Shown in pieces: positions 23,041-24,000 of a DNA stretch of 24,000 nucleotides (position 1 is its first letter; each line of letters opens with the position of its first letter). The DNA is from an uncultured Atopobium sp. (GTDB taxonomy: Bacteria; Actinomycetota; Coriobacteriia; Coriobacteriales; Atopobiaceae): contig CAUUUQ010000003.1 of assembly GCA_963548345.1 (NCBI GenBank), forward strand, positions 1 to 24,000, in the 5' to 3' direction. Under the pieces are notes generated by a model. It was not told where the DNA came from. It saw only the letters and a program-made list of their open reading frames with translations, and did no database searches. Both the position numbers and the translations under genes were made by a program.

Positions 23041-23932
23041 CAAGATGACGTTTTGCTTCTTGCCACAAATCTTCTTGAAGCTCGGGTTTCTCGTCAAGAG
23101 AAAAGCCTCTTTCAGCAGCGGCTTTCTCCATGTACGACCAGCGAGCGCGGAACTTCCTACAGGCACTCATCAGCGCTTCTTCCGCGTCAACGCCTTCCCA
23201 GCGAGCAACGTTTATCAGTGCAAACAAAATGTCGCCGAACTCGTCCGTTTTCTGCTGCGTTCCTGACGCCTCAGCGTCAAACTCCGCGCGCTCCTCGGCA
23301 ACCTTGTCCCACACGTCGTTGACAGACGCCCACTCAAAGCCCATCTTTGCAGCACGCTTTGAGATCTTCTGAGCTTGCATGAGCGCAGGTAGAGACTGTG
23401 GGACCGAGTCGAGAAGACCCTCGGTGTGCACGGTATCTTCCGCGCTGACGCGCTCCTCAGCCTTGACGCTCTCCCACACGTCCAAGACGGCCGCAGCCGA
23501 CGACGTTGAGCCAGCTTCTGGCCCAAACACGTGCGGATGCCTGCGAACCAGCTTCTGGTTGAGCGCTCGACAGACGTCGTCGATGTCGAAGCCCGCCGTG
23601 CCAGCGCCTGCTGCACCGTCCGCGCCGCTATCCGCCTCAATCTGCGAGTGAAGAACTACCTGTTCAAGCACATCGCCAAGCTCTTCCTCAAGATGCTCGG
23701 GAGAACCCTCAGCAATGGCCTCAACCGCCTCGTAGGCCTCCTCAATCATGTTCTTCGAGATGGACTGATGTGTCTGCTCCTTATCCCAAGGGCAGCCATC
23801 CTCCTGACGAAGACGCCAAATGGTTCTCACCAGGCGATCAAACTCCGGATGCGTCTGTGGTGCGCCAGGGCGGGCCTTTGTTTCTTCATCAACTGCAGCT
23901 GCTAGCTGGGCGATCTTCTCGTCAGATGTCAT
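23033..23932 (-). CDS. mazG: Nucleoside triphosphate pyrophosphohydrolase MazG (two MazG domains)
   Basis: 299 aa. The first domain has CPWDKEQTHQS...EEAYEAVEAI...EELGDVLEQVVLHSQIA. The second has KVAEERAEFDAE...EFGDILFALINVARW. Confidence 0.9.
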   Translation of the reverse strand: MTSDEKIAQLAAAVDEETKARPGAPQTHPEFDRLVRTIWRLRQEDGCPWDKEQTHQSISKNMIEEAYEAVEAIAEGSPEHLEEELGDVLEQVVLHSQIEADSGADGAAGAGTAGFDIDDVCRALNQKLVRRHPHVFGPEAGSTSSAAAVLDVWESVKAEERVSAEDTVHTEGLLDSVPQSLPALMQAQKISKRAAKMGFEWASVNDVWDKVAEERAEFDAEASGTQQKTDEFGDILFALINVARWEGVDAEEALMSACRKFRARWSYMEKAAAERGFSLDEKPELQEDLWQEAKRHLDA

Positions 23933-23937
23933 GTAAT

Positions 23938-24000
23938 TTATTGCTCCTCGGGATACAGGAAATTCCAGTCGTTACGCAGGCCGGTCATGAGCTCCATAAC
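23938..24000 (-). CDS. 3' end of an unidentified CDS (the rest lies beyond the window)
   Basis: The minus-strand frame is open from the window edge and reads ...VMELMTGLRNDWNFLYPEEQ*, with stop TAA at 23938-23940. It supplies the GAGGAG upstream of mazG. Its identity cannot be determined from 20 residues. Confidence 0.4.
   Translation of the reverse strand, partial: VMELMTGLRNDWNFLYPEEQ

Noticed and set aside
23083-23098. CGGGTTTCTCGTCA, a partial match to the dispersed motif inside mazG
   Set aside because: It lies within coding sequence (encoding LDEKPE on the minus strand) and differs in the core (GTCA instead of GCCA). It is treated as coincidental and is not counted as a copy.

Overview
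This is a chromosomal window of roughly 50% GC by eye. AGGAGG-type ribosome-binding sites, 1-7 nt gene overlaps, Ala/Thr/Pro-rich linkers and the mazG / septum-initiator / ppx order suggest an actinobacterium of the Coriobacteriia (Atopobiaceae-like) type, but that taxonomy is inference only. Layout, left to right: (1) A nucleoside uptake and catabolism block. It holds a minus-strand operon deoB-deoD-BMP lipoprotein-ABC ATPase (1-4418) and a divergent plus-strand pair, an HTH-fused pseudouridine kinase plus pseudouridine-5'-phosphate glycosidase (4826-6926). (2) A 760-bp AT-rich non-coding gap with nested palindromes (6927-7690). (3) A Crp-family regulator, a YjjI-type glycyl-radical enzyme and its YjjW-type radical-SAM activase (7691-11084), convergent with deoC (11275-11916). 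(4) An AT-richer, repeat-bounded insert with one orphan DUF559/Vsr-like gene (12060-13088) and a ~580-bp repeat-rich non-coding stretch. This insert separates deoC from an AdhE-C-terminal-like iron alcohol dehydrogenase (13706-14920). (5) Two tandem paralogous helical-repeat proteins of unknown function (15207-17440), followed by tRNA-Glu(UUC). (6) A split transketolase whose TPP-binding subunit is fused to a complete GntR/HutC regulator (HTH+UTRA) (17645-20466). (7) tRNA-Leu(UAA), ppx, a septum-formation-initiator protein, mazG and a gene fragment (20764-24000). The best candidates for undescribed biology are the orphan YjjI/YjjW radical enzyme pair in a deo context, the GntR-UTRA-transketolase fusion, the palindrome-bounded AT-rich element at 7015-7472, the repeat-rich orphan insert at 11993-13700, a dispersed 14-nt intergenic motif, and several phased short tandem repeats abutting gene ends. 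Every call rests on reading the sequence and on recalled family signatures. No database search, HMM or folding calculation was run.
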